Source: Candidatus Eiseniibacteriota bacterium (GTDB lineage: Bacteria; Eisenbacteria; RBG-16-71-46). From it: 64,000 nucleotides of DNA. The first letter of the stretch is position 1. The number at the start of each line of letters is the position of its first letter. The translations under genes were made by a program, and so were the position numbers. This document shows, in pieces, positions 1 to 9,288 of the stretch. Under the pieces are notes generated by a model. It was not told the origin of the DNA and did not search any database. It saw nothing but the letters and a program-made list of their open reading frames with translations. The DNA lies in assembly GCA_044222065.1 (NCBI GenBank), contig JBGAOA010000017.1:1-64000 (forward strand), in the 5' to 3' direction.

Positions 1-2
1 GC

Positions 3-323
3 GGGCGCTGGTCGCCGCCATCCGTGCCCGCGAGCTTCGACGCGATCGGCCGCCTGTATCACGCCGAGGTCGCGTGGACCGTGAAGCCCGGGCTCGTCGC
101 GCGGATCGGAGGGCTGTTCGACCGCATCACGGTCGCGCGCAGCACGGCGCTCGCCTCGCTCGGCTACGGCACGCGCAACGAGACGCGCGCCTACCTGGGC
201 CTCGCCGCCCGCTTCGGGAACGTCAGCGTGTACGGCGTCGAAGGCGTCGAACTCGACCACGAGCCCTACGATGTCGTGCTCGTCCACGACAAGGGCTTCC
301 TCGGGCTGATGGCGCGGTTCTGA
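3..323 (+). CDS. 3' end of a gene entering from the left; possibly an outer-membrane beta-barrel protein
   Basis: Frame is open from position 3 to TGA 321-323; amphipathic beta-strand-like segments and a C-terminal Phe (GLMARF). Confidence 0.45.
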   Translation, partial: GRWSPPSVPASFDAIGRLYHAEVAWTVKPGLVARIGGLFDRITVARSTALASLGYGTRNETRAYLGLAARFGNVSVYGVEGVELDHEPYDVVLVHDKGFLGLMARF

Positions 324-393
324 AGCGGGGCGCAGCGCCCGCGGGGTCCGCGCCGCCGTTACCTCCCCGCCCCACTCGCGGCGCGCCGCATCC

Positions 394-422
394 TTGCGCC
401 CCTCGGACCCCCTGCGTACTCT
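394..422 (+). promoter_or_regulatory. sigma70-type promoter for first ompA-like gene
   Basis: TTGCGC (394-399)-N17-TACTCT (417-422). Confidence 0.45.
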
Positions 423-499
423 CCCGCGCTGATCCGGGATGCACGCAGGCCCCGTCGCGACGCGGCGCGGGCCCTTTCCACTCGCGACAGGAGACCTCG

Positions 500-2032
500 A
501 TGCGTCTGCGTTTCCGTCTGGCTCCGCTCGCGCTGGCCGCGCTGTTCGCGGCCTCGAGCGCGACGGCCGAGCCCATCGGACGTCACTTCGAGCTGACGCC
601 CTACGCCGGCTTCACCATCTTCGACGCCGACTTCCACTACCCCGGCTTGAACGGCCTCACGGACGACATCTACGCGGGCGGGCGGCTCGGCTGGCAGTAC
701 AACTCGTGGCTCGGCCTCGAAGGCGCGTTCGGCTTCGTCCCGACGGCCGAGGACGTCACCGTGAATCCCGTGGACGTGGACTTCTGGCACGCGAGCGGCG
801 ACCTGATCGTGTCGCCGTGGGCGACGCGCTGGGGCGGGCCGTTCCTGATCGCGGGCCTCGGCTACGGGCAGATGAAGCCCACGAACGACGCGGCCATCAC
901 GAACCCCGAGTTCCAGTTCGGCGACAACATCCCGATGATGCTCGCGAGCGTCGGCGCCGGCGTGCGGCTGTGGATGACCGACGCGGTCGGCGTGCGCTTC
1001 GAGGCGCGCGACCTCTACTGGTGGCGCGACCAGAGCAGCAAGACCGCCTACAACCACATGCTGGTCGGCGGCGGCCTGACGTTCGCGCTCGGCGCGACGC
1101 CGCGCGACACCGACGGCGACGGCGTGCCCGACAAGAAGGACAAGTGCCCCGACACGCCGAAGGGCGCGAAGGTGGACGCGAACGGCTGCCCGCTCGACAC
1201 CGACGGCGACAAGGTCTTCGACGGTCTCGACGCCTGCCCGAACACGCCCGCGGGCTGCACCGTGGACGCGAAGGGCTGCGAGAGCGACTCGGACGGCGAC
1301 AAGGTGTGCGACGGCGTGGACGCGTGCGCCGACACGCCGAAGGGCGCGACCGTGGATGCGAAGGGCTGCCCGAAGGACACGGACGGCGACGGCGTGCTGG
1401 ACGGCATCGACCAGTGCCCGAACACGCCGACGGGTGCCAGGGTGGACGACAAGGGCTGCCCGACCGACCAGGATTCGGACGGCGTCGTGGACGGCCTCGA
1501 TCAGTGCCCCGACACGCCGGCCGGCCTCAAGGTGGACAAGGACGGCTGCCCGATCGAAGTGAGCGAGCGCGAGACCGAGCTGCTCGACACCGGCATGATC
1601 CGGCTCCAGAACGTGAACTTCGAGACGAACAAGAGCGACATCCTGCCCGAGAGCTTCCCGACGCTCGACGCCGTCGGCACGCTGCTGCTGCGCTGGCCGC
1701 AGCTCAAGATCGAGATCGGCGGACACACCGACGCGCGCGGATCGGCGGCGGCGAACCAGAAGCTGTCCGACGCGCGTGCGAAGTCGGTCGAGGCCTACCT
1801 GCTGCAGAAGTTCCCGGGCCTGAAGGACGACCAGTTCACGACCAAGGGCTACGGCGAGGCCAAGCCGATCGCGCCGAACAACGGCGAGGTCAACTGGGCG
1901 AAGAACCGCCGCGTCGAGTTCGTCGTGCTCAACAAAGACGTCCTCAAGAAGGAGATCGAGAGCCGTCGCCTGCTGCAGAAGGACGGCGGCACGTCGCCGG
2001 TCCCGGCCCAGCCGGATTCGTCGAAGAAGTAG
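500..2032 (+). CDS. OmpA-family protein (beta-barrel + 5 thrombospondin type-3 repeats + OmpA C-terminal peptidoglycan-binding domain)
   Basis: GGAG RBS before ATG 500; signal peptide; DxDGDGVxDxxDxCPxTP repeats; GHTD and NRRVEF motifs. Confidence 0.93.
   Translation: MRLRFRLAPLALAALFAASSATAEPIGRHFELTPYAGFTIFDADFHYPGLNGLTDDIYAGGRLGWQYNSWLGLEGAFGFVPTAEDVTVNPVDVDFWHASGDLIVSPWATRWGGPFLIAGLGYGQMKPTNDAAITNPEFQFGDNIPMMLASVGAGVRLWMTDAVGVRFEARDLYWWRDQSSKTAYNHMLVGGGLTFALGATPRDTDGDGVPDKKDKCPDTPKGAKVDANGCPLDTDGDKVFDGLDACPNTPAGCTVDAKGCESDSDGDKVCDGVDACADTPKGATVDAKGCPKDTDGDGVLDGIDQCPNTPTGARVDDKGCPTDQDSDGVVDGLDQCPDTPAGLKVDKDGCPIEVSERETELLDTGMIRLQNVNFETNKSDILPESFPTLDAVGTLLLRWPQLKIEIGGHTDARGSAAANQKLSDARAKSVEAYLLQKFPGLKDDQFTTKGYGEAKPIAPNNGEVNWAKNRRVEFVVLNKDVLKKEIESRRLLQKDGGTSPVPAQPDSSKK
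1106..1555 (+). repeat. Five 90-nt coding repeats (TSP type-3 Ca-binding)
   Basis: 30-aa periodic DxDGD..D.CP.TP.G..VD..GC units. Confidence 0.85.
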
Positions 2033-2051
2033 CCGCTCGATCGCACCGCCT

Positions 2052-2084
2052 CGCGGCCCCGGAGCCTCGCGCTCCGGGGCCGCG
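2052..2084 (+). terminator. GC-rich hairpin, likely intrinsic terminator
   Basis: 14-bp stem CGCGGCCCCGGAGC/GCTCCGGGGCCGCG, 5-nt loop, tail GTCGTTT. Confidence 0.6.
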
Positions 2085-2170
2085 GTCGTTTCCGCACCCG
2101 CGACGAGGGCCGGACGCCCGCCGGACAAGGCCCGGACGACGGCGCGCGCCGAGCGTCCGAGAGTGGGGCC

Positions 2171-3979
2171 ATGCCTTCCGAGGCCGCGAACCCCGCCGCG
2201 CGCTCCGCCGCGCCCGACTCCGCCCACGCGCTCCAGCGCTCGCTGCTCGCGCTCGCGGTCGCGGCGATGGGTGCGGTGGACGTGTTCTCGGCGGCGCTCT
2301 CGCACCCGCCCGAACGCCTGCGCGCGCTCCGCAACCTGCTGCCGACCGACGTCCTCGACTCGAGCCGCACGTTCACGCTGCTCGCGGGCGCGCTGCTGCT
2401 CGTCACGGCGTGGGGCCTTCGGCGCGGCAAGCGCCGTGCGTACGCGAGCGCGCTGTTCCTGTGCGCGCTGTCGGTGCCCGTGAACCTGCTCAAGGCGTTC
2501 GACTTCGAAGAGGCCACGGTCGCGAGCGCACTCATGTTCGCGCTCGGCATGAGCGCCGACGCGTTCCGCGTGAAGAGCCGCGCGCTGTCGCTCGCCACGC
2601 TGCGCTCGCGCGCCCTGTGGGCGGTCGTCGCGCTCGCGCTGTACGCGGTCCTGGGTTCGTGGATCGTGCAGGCCTCGCTCGGCACGCACCCGACGTTCCG
2701 CGCCGCCGCGTCCGAAGCGCTCGCCCGCGCTCTCGGGATCGGCGATGCGCCGGTTCCGCCCGCGCACCTGCCGCACCACGCCGCGCGCATCGCCGTGTGG
2801 TTCGCGAACTCGCTCCCGCTCCTCTCGCTCACGGCACTCGCCTCGCTCGCGATCGCCGCACTCCGGCCGGCGTCGCACCGCGGGCGTCATCGCAGCGAGG
2901 CGCACCGCGTCGAGGCGCTGCTGCGCGCGTACGGCGACTCGTCGGTGGGCTGGTTCGCGCTCGCCGACGACACCGACTACTTCTTCAGCGCGACGGGCCG
3001 CGCGGTGATCCCGTACCGCTTCGAGTCGGACACGCTGCTCGGCATCGGCGATCCGATCGGTCCCGACGAGGAGCTGGGTCCGCTGCTCGAGGCGTTCGAG
3101 CGCTACTGCCGCGAGCGCGACTGGGCGTTCGCGTTCTTCCAGGCGCGGCCCGAGCGGCTCGCGCTCTACGCCGCGCGCGGATGGCGCGCGCTGCACGTCG
3201 GCGAGGACCCCGTGCTCGATCCCGCGGCGTTCACGCTCGAAGGCGGCGCGGTCGCGAACGTGCGCCGTTCGGCGCGCAAGGCCGAGACCGCGGGCGTCGT
3301 CGTGCGCCACTTCCGCGCGGACGCCGCGGCGTGGGATCCCGCGACGCTGCCCGCGGGCTGGACCGAACAGATGCGCGCCGTCGCCGACGAGTGGCTGCGC
3401 GCGCACCACGGCGGCGAGAAGGGCTTCTGCATGGGACGCTTCGATCCGCGCCGGCTCGGCGAGGCGTGGCTCGCGGTCGCGGTGCACGAGGCGAGCGGCC
3501 GCATCGAGGCGTTCGCGACGTGGGTGCCGATCCCCGCGCGGCGCGGCTGGGCGTTCGACCTCACGCGCCGCCGCGACGACGCGATCCCGGGCGTGATGGA
3601 ACTGCTCGTCACGAGCAGCGTTGCCGAGGCGCGCGCGCGCGGCGACGCCGTGCTGTCGCTGTCGCTGTCGGCGCTCGCGAGCGTGGCGTCCGCGCCGGGC
3701 GAGCCCGACGAGTCGCCCGAGGCGCGGCGCGCGCGCGCGTTCCTCACCGAACACCTCGCGCGCTTCTACGACTTCAAGGGTCTCTTTCAGTGGAAGAAGA
3801 AATTCGACCCGCGCTTCGAGGACCGCTACCTCGTGTACCCGTCGCCGTTCGCGCTGCCGCGCGTGGCGCTCGCGCTGATCCGCGCGCAGAGCCCGGGCGG
3901 GCTCGCGTCCTATTTCCGCCGCGAAAACGAGGCGCGCCCCGCCGACGGTGCGCCGCCCGCGACGGTGAGCCCCGCGTGA
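2171..3979 (+). CDS. MprF/LysX-like aminoacyl-lipid synthase (TM region + DUF2156/LPG_synthase_C domain)
   Basis: N-terminal TM helices with GLRRGKRRA; GDPIG, GEKGFCMGRF, DLTRR and FYDFKGLFQWKKKFDPRFEDRYL motifs. Confidence 0.85.
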   Translation: MPSEAANPAARSAAPDSAHALQRSLLALAVAAMGAVDVFSAALSHPPERLRALRNLLPTDVLDSSRTFTLLAGALLLVTAWGLRRGKRRAYASALFLCALSVPVNLLKAFDFEEATVASALMFALGMSADAFRVKSRALSLATLRSRALWAVVALALYAVLGSWIVQASLGTHPTFRAAASEALARALGIGDAPVPPAHLPHHAARIAVWFANSLPLLSLTALASLAIAALRPASHRGRHRSEAHRVEALLRAYGDSSVGWFALADDTDYFFSATGRAVIPYRFESDTLLGIGDPIGPDEELGPLLEAFERYCRERDWAFAFFQARPERLALYAARGWRALHVGEDPVLDPAAFTLEGGAVANVRRSARKAETAGVVVRHFRADAAAWDPATLPAGWTEQMRAVADEWLRAHHGGEKGFCMGRFDPRRLGEAWLAVAVHEASGRIEAFATWVPIPARRGWAFDLTRRRDDAIPGVMELLVTSSVAEARARGDAVLSLSLSALASVASAPGEPDESPEARRARAFLTEHLARFYDFKGLFQWKKKFDPRFEDRYLVYPSPFALPRVALALIRAQSPGGLASYFRRENEARPADGAPPATVSPA

Positions 3980-4848
3980 GACGCGCCGCGCTCGCCGTCG
4001 CGATCGCGCTGCTCGCGGCGGGCGTGCCGCGCGCGCACGCGGCGGCGATCCGCCACGGCGAGAGCCGGCGCTACGAGATCGCCGCGCCGTCGCTCCACGA
4101 CGCGCACCGCGCGGTGCGCGGGTACCTGCCGCCGTCCTACGGCGACGCCGCGAGCGGCGCGCGCCGCTACCCGGTCGTCGTGCTGCTCCACGGCTGGCCC
4201 GGCTCGGACGGCAACTGGCTCTCGATGGGGCACGCGGCCGAGACCGCCGACACGCTCATGTCCCTGGGCCGCGTGCCCGAGGCGATCCTCGTGTTCCCGA
4301 ACGGCGCGGGCGCGGGGCTGCTCGGCCGCTCGCTGTGGATGAACGCGGCGGACGGGCGCTCGCGCCTCGAGGACTTCCTCGCGCGCGACCTGCCGCGCTG
4401 GGTGGACTCGACGTTCCGCACCGACGCGCGCGCCGAACGCCGCGCGCTGATCGGACTCTCGGACGGCGGCACGGCGGCGGCCGTGCAGCTGCTCCGGCAC
4501 GGCGACGTCTACGGCGACGCGGCCGCGCACAGCGCCACGTTCCGCTTGAAGCGTGAGTTCGGCATGGGCGGACTGCTCGGCGACGAGCCCGGCGCGACCC
4601 GCTGGCTCGAGGACTCGAGCCCCGCGGTGCTGATCGAGCGCGGACTCGCGCCGCCCGCGGGTGCGGTGCTGTATTTTGACTGCGGCGCGAACGACGAATC
4701 GCTCGCCGACAACCGCGCGTTCGACCGCGCGCTCACGGCGCGCGGCATCGCGCACGAGTTCCGGGAGTACCCGGGGACGCACGACTGGAGCTACTGGCGC
4801 CGGCACCTCGTCGAGTCGCTCGAGGCCGTGACGGCGCGCTGGAAGTGA
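3976..4848 (+). CDS. Secreted esterase (alpha/beta hydrolase, putative esterase family)
   Basis: GTGA overlap with upstream stop; signal peptide ending AHA; YLPPSY, YPVVVLLHG, GLSDGG nucleophile elbow, DCG, GTHDWSYW. Confidence 0.85.
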   Translation: MRRAALAVAIALLAAGVPRAHAAAIRHGESRRYEIAAPSLHDAHRAVRGYLPPSYGDAASGARRYPVVVLLHGWPGSDGNWLSMGHAAETADTLMSLGRVPEAILVFPNGAGAGLLGRSLWMNAADGRSRLEDFLARDLPRWVDSTFRTDARAERRALIGLSDGGTAAAVQLLRHGDVYGDAAAHSATFRLKREFGMGGLLGDEPGATRWLEDSSPAVLIERGLAPPAGAVLYFDCGANDESLADNRAFDRALTARGIAHEFREYPGTHDWSYWRRHLVESLEAVTARWK

Positions 4849-4864
4849 ACGCGGAGGACGCCGC

Positions 4865-5608
4865 ATGTCCATCGACGGGCCCGAAGACCTCGCCGGCCTG
4901 CGCGCGGCGGGCGCCGTGTGCCGCGCGATGCTCGACGCGATGCGCGCGGGCGTCGCGCCGGGCGTCACGACGGCGGCGCTCAACGCGATCGGCGCGGATG
5001 TGATGCGCGCGCACGGCGCGCGCTCGGCCCCGATGCTCGTCTACGACTTCCCGGCCGAGACGTGCATCAGCGTCAACGACGAGATCGTGCACGGCATCCC
5101 GTCCAAGCGCCGGCTCGCGGCGGGCGACCTCGTGAAGCTCGACGTCACGGTCGAGAAGAACGGCTACATGGCGGACGCCGCGATCACGGTGCCGGTCGGC
5201 CGCGTCTCCTCGCGCGCCCGAGCGCTCGCCGAGACGGCCGAGCGCGCGTTCGCCGCCGCGCTCCGCGCCGCGCGCGCGGGCGGCCGCGTGTACGACATCG
5301 GCGCCGCGGTCGAGGAGGAAGTCGCGCGTCGCCGCTTCCGCGTCGTGCGCTCGCTCACCGGACACGGCATCGGGCGCACGATCCACGAGCCGCCCGACGT
5401 GCCGAATTTCTTCGTGCCGGAAGCCGACGAGCCGCTCACCGAGGGGCTCGTGATCACGATCGAGCCGCTGATCTCGATGGGGAACGGCCAGTCGTTCGAC
5501 GGCGCCGACGGCTGGACGATCCTGACCGCCGACGGCGCGCTCGCCGCCCACCACGAGCACACGCTCGTGATCACGAAGGGCGCGCCCGAAATCCTCACTG
5601 CCGCCTAG
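4865..5608 (+). CDS. map: Type I methionyl aminopeptidase
   Basis: CISVNDEIVHGIP, DLVKLD, GHGIG..IHE, TIEP, AHHEHT metal-binding motifs. Confidence 0.95.
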   Translation: MSIDGPEDLAGLRAAGAVCRAMLDAMRAGVAPGVTTAALNAIGADVMRAHGARSAPMLVYDFPAETCISVNDEIVHGIPSKRRLAAGDLVKLDVTVEKNGYMADAAITVPVGRVSSRARALAETAERAFAAALRAARAGGRVYDIGAAVEEEVARRRFRVVRSLTGHGIGRTIHEPPDVPNFFVPEADEPLTEGLVITIEPLISMGNGQSFDGADGWTILTADGALAAHHEHTLVITKGAPEILTAA

Positions 5609-5658
5609 CCCCTTCCGGCCCCAGGGCCCCGCCGGCCGCCTGCACTCGCCGCCGTTTC

Positions 5659-5687
5659 TTGCCGCGCTCGTCGGGGTCTCCTATCGT
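5659..5687 (+). promoter_or_regulatory. sigma70-type promoter for second ompA-like gene
   Basis: TTGCCG-N17-TATCGT. Confidence 0.45.
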
Positions 5688-5780
5688 CCGCGCACGTCAG
5701 GTCGGCCAGCCGCGCACCTCGCCTCGACATCCTCGCGGTCGGTTTGGTCCAGGAAGACCCTCACCCGGAAGGAGCGACGC

Positions 5781-7283
5781 ATGCGCGCCCGACTGATTCC
5801 AGTGCTCGCCCTCGTGCTTCTCGCCGCACTCGCCCCGGCCGCCGATGCCGGACGCTGGGTGCTCTCGCCGTACGCCGGCTTCCTCAAGCAGGACGGCGAG
5901 TACGGCCACATCGCCACCACGCTCGACGCACTCGAAGCGAAAGACGCCGCGAACTTCGGCGGACGGATCGCGTTCGTGGACAAGGCCAACTTCGGCATCG
6001 AATTCGCCGGCGGCATCACGTCGAGCACGCTCGAGGCGACGACGCCGGCCGTGACCGCCGACCTGTCGTTCTGGTACGCGACGGCGAACATCATCTACAT
6101 GCCCGAACCGCAGTCGTGGGGCGCCCCGTTCCTGAGCACGGGGCTCGGCCTCGGCCACTCCACGGCCGACGGCATCACGCCGGCGAACGCGTTCCAGTAC
6201 CCGTCGGAGGAGAAGGACCAGCTCGATCAGATGCTGTTCGACCTCGCGGGCGGCTGGGTGCTCCCGCTCTCGGGCAAGATGGGCCTGCGCGCCGAAGTGC
6301 GGAACCTGCTCTGGATCCCGCACAACAAGATCGAGTCCGCGCGCCTCAACCACCTGTTGTTCGGCGGCGCGCTGCAGTTCGCCTTCGGCGGCGCCCCTCC
6401 GACGGACTCGGACGGCGACGGCGTGACCGACAAGAAGGACAAGTGCCCCGACACGCCGCGCGGCGCGACCGTGAACGCGACGGGATGCACGAGCGATGCG
6501 GACGGCGACGGCGTCGTGGACGGCATCGACACGTGCCCGAACACGCCGAAGGGCGTGAAGGTGGACGCGAAGGGCTGCCCGATGGACTCGGACGGCGACG
6601 GCGTCTTCGACGGCGTGGACCAGTGCGCCGACACGCCGAAGGGCGCGAAGGTCGACGCGAAGGGCTGCCCGAGCGACGGCGACGGCGACGGCGTGTGGGA
6701 CGGCATCGACCAGTGCCCCGGTACGCCGAAGGGCGCGCTCGTGGACGCGAAGGGATGCCCGACGGACGCCGACGGCGACGGCGTGTTCGACGGCCTCGAC
6801 AAGTGCCCCGGCACCGGCGCGAGCCTGCGCGTGGACGCGGACGGCTGCCCGATCGAGGTGACCGAGCGCGAGACCGAGCTGCTCGACACCGGCATGATCC
6901 GGCTGCAGAACGTGAACTTCGAGACCGGCAAGAGCGACATCCTGCCCGAGAGCTTCCCGACGCTCGACAACGTCGGCCTGCTGCTGCAGCGCTGGCCGCA
7001 GCTCCAGATCGAGATCGGCGGCCACACGGACGCGCGCGGCACCGCGAAGGCGAACCAGGCGCTGTCCGAGGCGCGCGCGCAGTCGGTGCTGACTTACCTC
7101 ACCGGCAAGTACTCCGGCCTGAATGCCGGCCAGTTCACGGTGAAGGGCTACGGTGAGTCGAAGCCGATCGCGCCCAACAACAACGCCGTGAACATGGCGA
7201 AGAACCGCCGCGTCGAGTTCGTGGTGCTGAACAAGGACGTGCTCAAGAAGGAAATCGAGAACCGGAAGCAGCTGCAGAAGTAG
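5781..7283 (+). CDS. OmpA-family protein with 5 TSP type-3 repeats (paralog of 500-2032)
   Basis: AAGGAG RBS, signal peptide, same repeat linker, near-identical OmpA C-terminal domain. Confidence 0.93.
   Translation: MRARLIPVLALVLLAALAPAADAGRWVLSPYAGFLKQDGEYGHIATTLDALEAKDAANFGGRIAFVDKANFGIEFAGGITSSTLEATTPAVTADLSFWYATANIIYMPEPQSWGAPFLSTGLGLGHSTADGITPANAFQYPSEEKDQLDQMLFDLAGGWVLPLSGKMGLRAEVRNLLWIPHNKIESARLNHLLFGGALQFAFGGAPPTDSDGDGVTDKKDKCPDTPRGATVNATGCTSDADGDGVVDGIDTCPNTPKGVKVDAKGCPMDSDGDGVFDGVDQCADTPKGAKVDAKGCPSDGDGDGVWDGIDQCPGTPKGALVDAKGCPTDADGDGVFDGLDKCPGTGASLRVDADGCPIEVTERETELLDTGMIRLQNVNFETGKSDILPESFPTLDNVGLLLQRWPQLQIEIGGHTDARGTAKANQALSEARAQSVLTYLTGKYSGLNAGQFTVKGYGESKPIAPNNNAVNMAKNRRVEFVVLNKDVLKKEIENRKQLQK
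6405..6854 (+). repeat. Five 90-nt coding repeats (TSP type-3)
   Basis: 30-aa DxDGDGV.D..D.CP.TP units. Confidence 0.85.
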
Positions 7284-7307
7284 ACGCGCTTCCGCGTCCG
7301 TCTAACA

Positions 7308-7337
7308 GAAGGCCGGGGTCCGGTGACCCCGGCCTTC
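7308..7337 (+). terminator. Hairpin terminator after second ompA
   Basis: 13-bp stem GAAGGCCGGGGTC/GACCCCGGCCTTC, 4-nt loop. Confidence 0.65.
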
Positions 7338-7420
7338 GTGCTTGGCCCGTGCGCGAGAAGGCCGCGGCGATCGGGTCGTCCACGAGGTGCTGCCCACCCG
7401 CTCCCCTCAGGAGACCCCTC

Positions 7421-9166
7421 ATGAGCACTGTCCGATCGTACCGTCACCGGCGGGCGCTGCGGCTCGCGCTCGCGCTGTTCGCCGCCCTGGCGCTCGCACT
7501 CACCGCGCAGGTCGCCGTCGCGCAACCCACTCCCGCGCAGATGAAGGCGCGCACCGGATGGGCGCCGAAGGACTTCACGGTGCTTCAGGATGGCGACTGG
7601 TTCCACGCCTTCTACATCGAGACCGACACCTCGAACCCCACCGACACCGGCACGCGCCTCGGACACTCGCGGTCGAAGGACCTCTACCACTGGGAGTACC
7701 TCGATTCGGCCTTCGGCCCCGGAACCGCGAACTTCGACAACGACCGCGTGTGGGCGCCGCACCTCGTAAAGGTGGACGGCGTCTTCTACCTGTTCTACAC
7801 GGGCATCTCGCACACCGCCCCGACGCAGAACCACCAGGCGATCGGCGTTGCGACCTCCGCGAACCTGTCCACGTGGGTGCGCTACTCGTCCCCCATCGTG
7901 GATTGCGCCGTCGCCGACATCGCCCAGTGCCTTCCGAACGTCAGCGCCGGCGGACAGCTGCGCGACCCCTTCGCGCTGCGCGATCCGAACAACGCCTCGC
8001 GCTGGCTCGCGTACTACGGAACCGTCGCCGACGGCGGGCTCTACATGACGACCGGCATCGCGCAGACCAGCTCCGCGCTCACGACGGCGCCGTGGACGGA
8101 CCACGTTCCCGCGTGGGTGCCGGAGAGCACCTGGTGGAAGAACCAGGGCGTCGTCGAGTCGCCGCACCTCTTCGACCACGCCGGCCTCTGGTACCTGCTC
8201 TTCACGTCGAACGCCGGCACGAATCCGATCAGCGTCGTGACGAACGCCGTCGCCCCCGTGGACGCCGAAGCGAGCTGGCAGTTCCGAGGTCGGCTGCACG
8301 ACGTGCTGGGGTACAACACGAACACGTGGTTCGCCTCGGAGTACTTCAAGGACTCCGGTGGCCGCGAGTACTTCGGCGTGGTGGCGGACGACACGACGCG
8401 CAGGCTCCAGTTCCGCCAGATCGCGTGGGCCCCGGGCGACTGGAAGTTCTCGCTCCTGTCGCCCTTCCGCGTCAGCGGCCTCGCGTGGCTCGGCGCGTCG
8501 GGCCAGGTGACCGAAGGCGACCCGGCCAACTTCCGCATCGACGCCTGGACGGCCGCCGGCCGCACGGCCCAGCTCGAAGTCACCGAGTACGACTCGGGTC
8601 AGCCCGACCAGGTTCTCAACCCCGCGACGATCGGCCTGCCTTCGAGCGTCGCGCTCTCGGGCGCCTCGACGACGGTCAATTGGAACGCTGCGTGGACCCC
8701 CGACGACGACTCGACTCCGGACCGCATCGAAATCCGGATCCGCGTCGCGGGTGAGCCGTCCGTCCGCACGAACCTGCTGTACATCAACCGGCGCCCCGAC
8801 GGCGATCACGATCCGTTCCTCGACGGCGCGCGCGCGCGGCGCGTCGGCCCGGGCACGACGCCCGAGGCTCTCGCGATCACGGAGCCCGCGCTCCGCACGC
8901 TGCGCGAGACGCCGCTCGGTCCCGGCATCGGCCTGCTCGTGGACATGCCGGAAGAAGCGAATGCGCGACTCGAGGTCTTCGATGCGCAGGGACGGCGCCT
9001 CCGGACGCTCCGCTCCGAGGTCCTGCCGCGCGGCGCTTCCGTCGTGCTGTGGGACGGCCGCGACGACGCCGGCGGTAGCGTCCGCGCGGGCCTCTACTTC
9101 GCGCGACTGCAGACGCTCGGCCGCACGCTCTCGTCCCGCGTGCTCGTCACGCCGACGGTGCGCTGA
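7421..9166 (+). CDS. Secreted five-bladed beta-propeller glycoside hydrolase (GH32/GH43-like) with C-terminal FlgD-Ig-like domain
   Basis: AGGAG RBS; signal peptide; WAPKD, SKDLYHW, WAPH, RDP and ESP motifs; C-terminal VFDAQGRRLRTL...WDGRDDAG..V.AGLYFARL. Confidence 0.75.
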   Translation: MSTVRSYRHRRALRLALALFAALALALTAQVAVAQPTPAQMKARTGWAPKDFTVLQDGDWFHAFYIETDTSNPTDTGTRLGHSRSKDLYHWEYLDSAFGPGTANFDNDRVWAPHLVKVDGVFYLFYTGISHTAPTQNHQAIGVATSANLSTWVRYSSPIVDCAVADIAQCLPNVSAGGQLRDPFALRDPNNASRWLAYYGTVADGGLYMTTGIAQTSSALTTAPWTDHVPAWVPESTWWKNQGVVESPHLFDHAGLWYLLFTSNAGTNPISVVTNAVAPVDAEASWQFRGRLHDVLGYNTNTWFASEYFKDSGGREYFGVVADDTTRRLQFRQIAWAPGDWKFSLLSPFRVSGLAWLGASGQVTEGDPANFRIDAWTAAGRTAQLEVTEYDSGQPDQVLNPATIGLPSSVALSGASTTVNWNAAWTPDDDSTPDRIEIRIRVAGEPSVRTNLLYINRRPDGDHDPFLDGARARRVGPGTTPEALAITEPALRTLRETPLGPGIGLLVDMPEEANARLEVFDAQGRRLRTLRSEVLPRGASVVLWDGRDDAGGSVRAGLYFARLQTLGRTLSSRVLVTPTVR

Positions 9167-9179
9167 TCCGTTTCGACCC

Positions 9180-9214
9180 GCGCCCCGGACCGCGCCGTTC
9201 GCGGTCCGGGGCGC
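9180..9214 (+). terminator. GC-rich hairpin
   Basis: 15-bp stem GCGCCCCGGACCGCG/CGCGGTCCGGGGCGC. Confidence 0.6.
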
Positions 9215-9288
9215 AGTCGTGTGCTAGGCTGCGCGCCTCTTCCCGTGCCCTCCGGCCCCGCGCGCTTCCCGACGTCCGAGGAGTCGCC

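Noticed and set aside
1106..1555. 90-nt periodic repeats as a CRISPR array
   Set aside because: In-frame TSP3 protein repeats with synonymous variation; no unique spacers and no cas genes.
359..3754. Very long alternative-frame and antisense ORFs (e.g. 359-3754, most of 439-4848, 40177-43092, 42966-45653)
   Set aside because: Arg/Ala-rich shadow ORFs expected in very high-GC DNA; they overlap well-supported genes.
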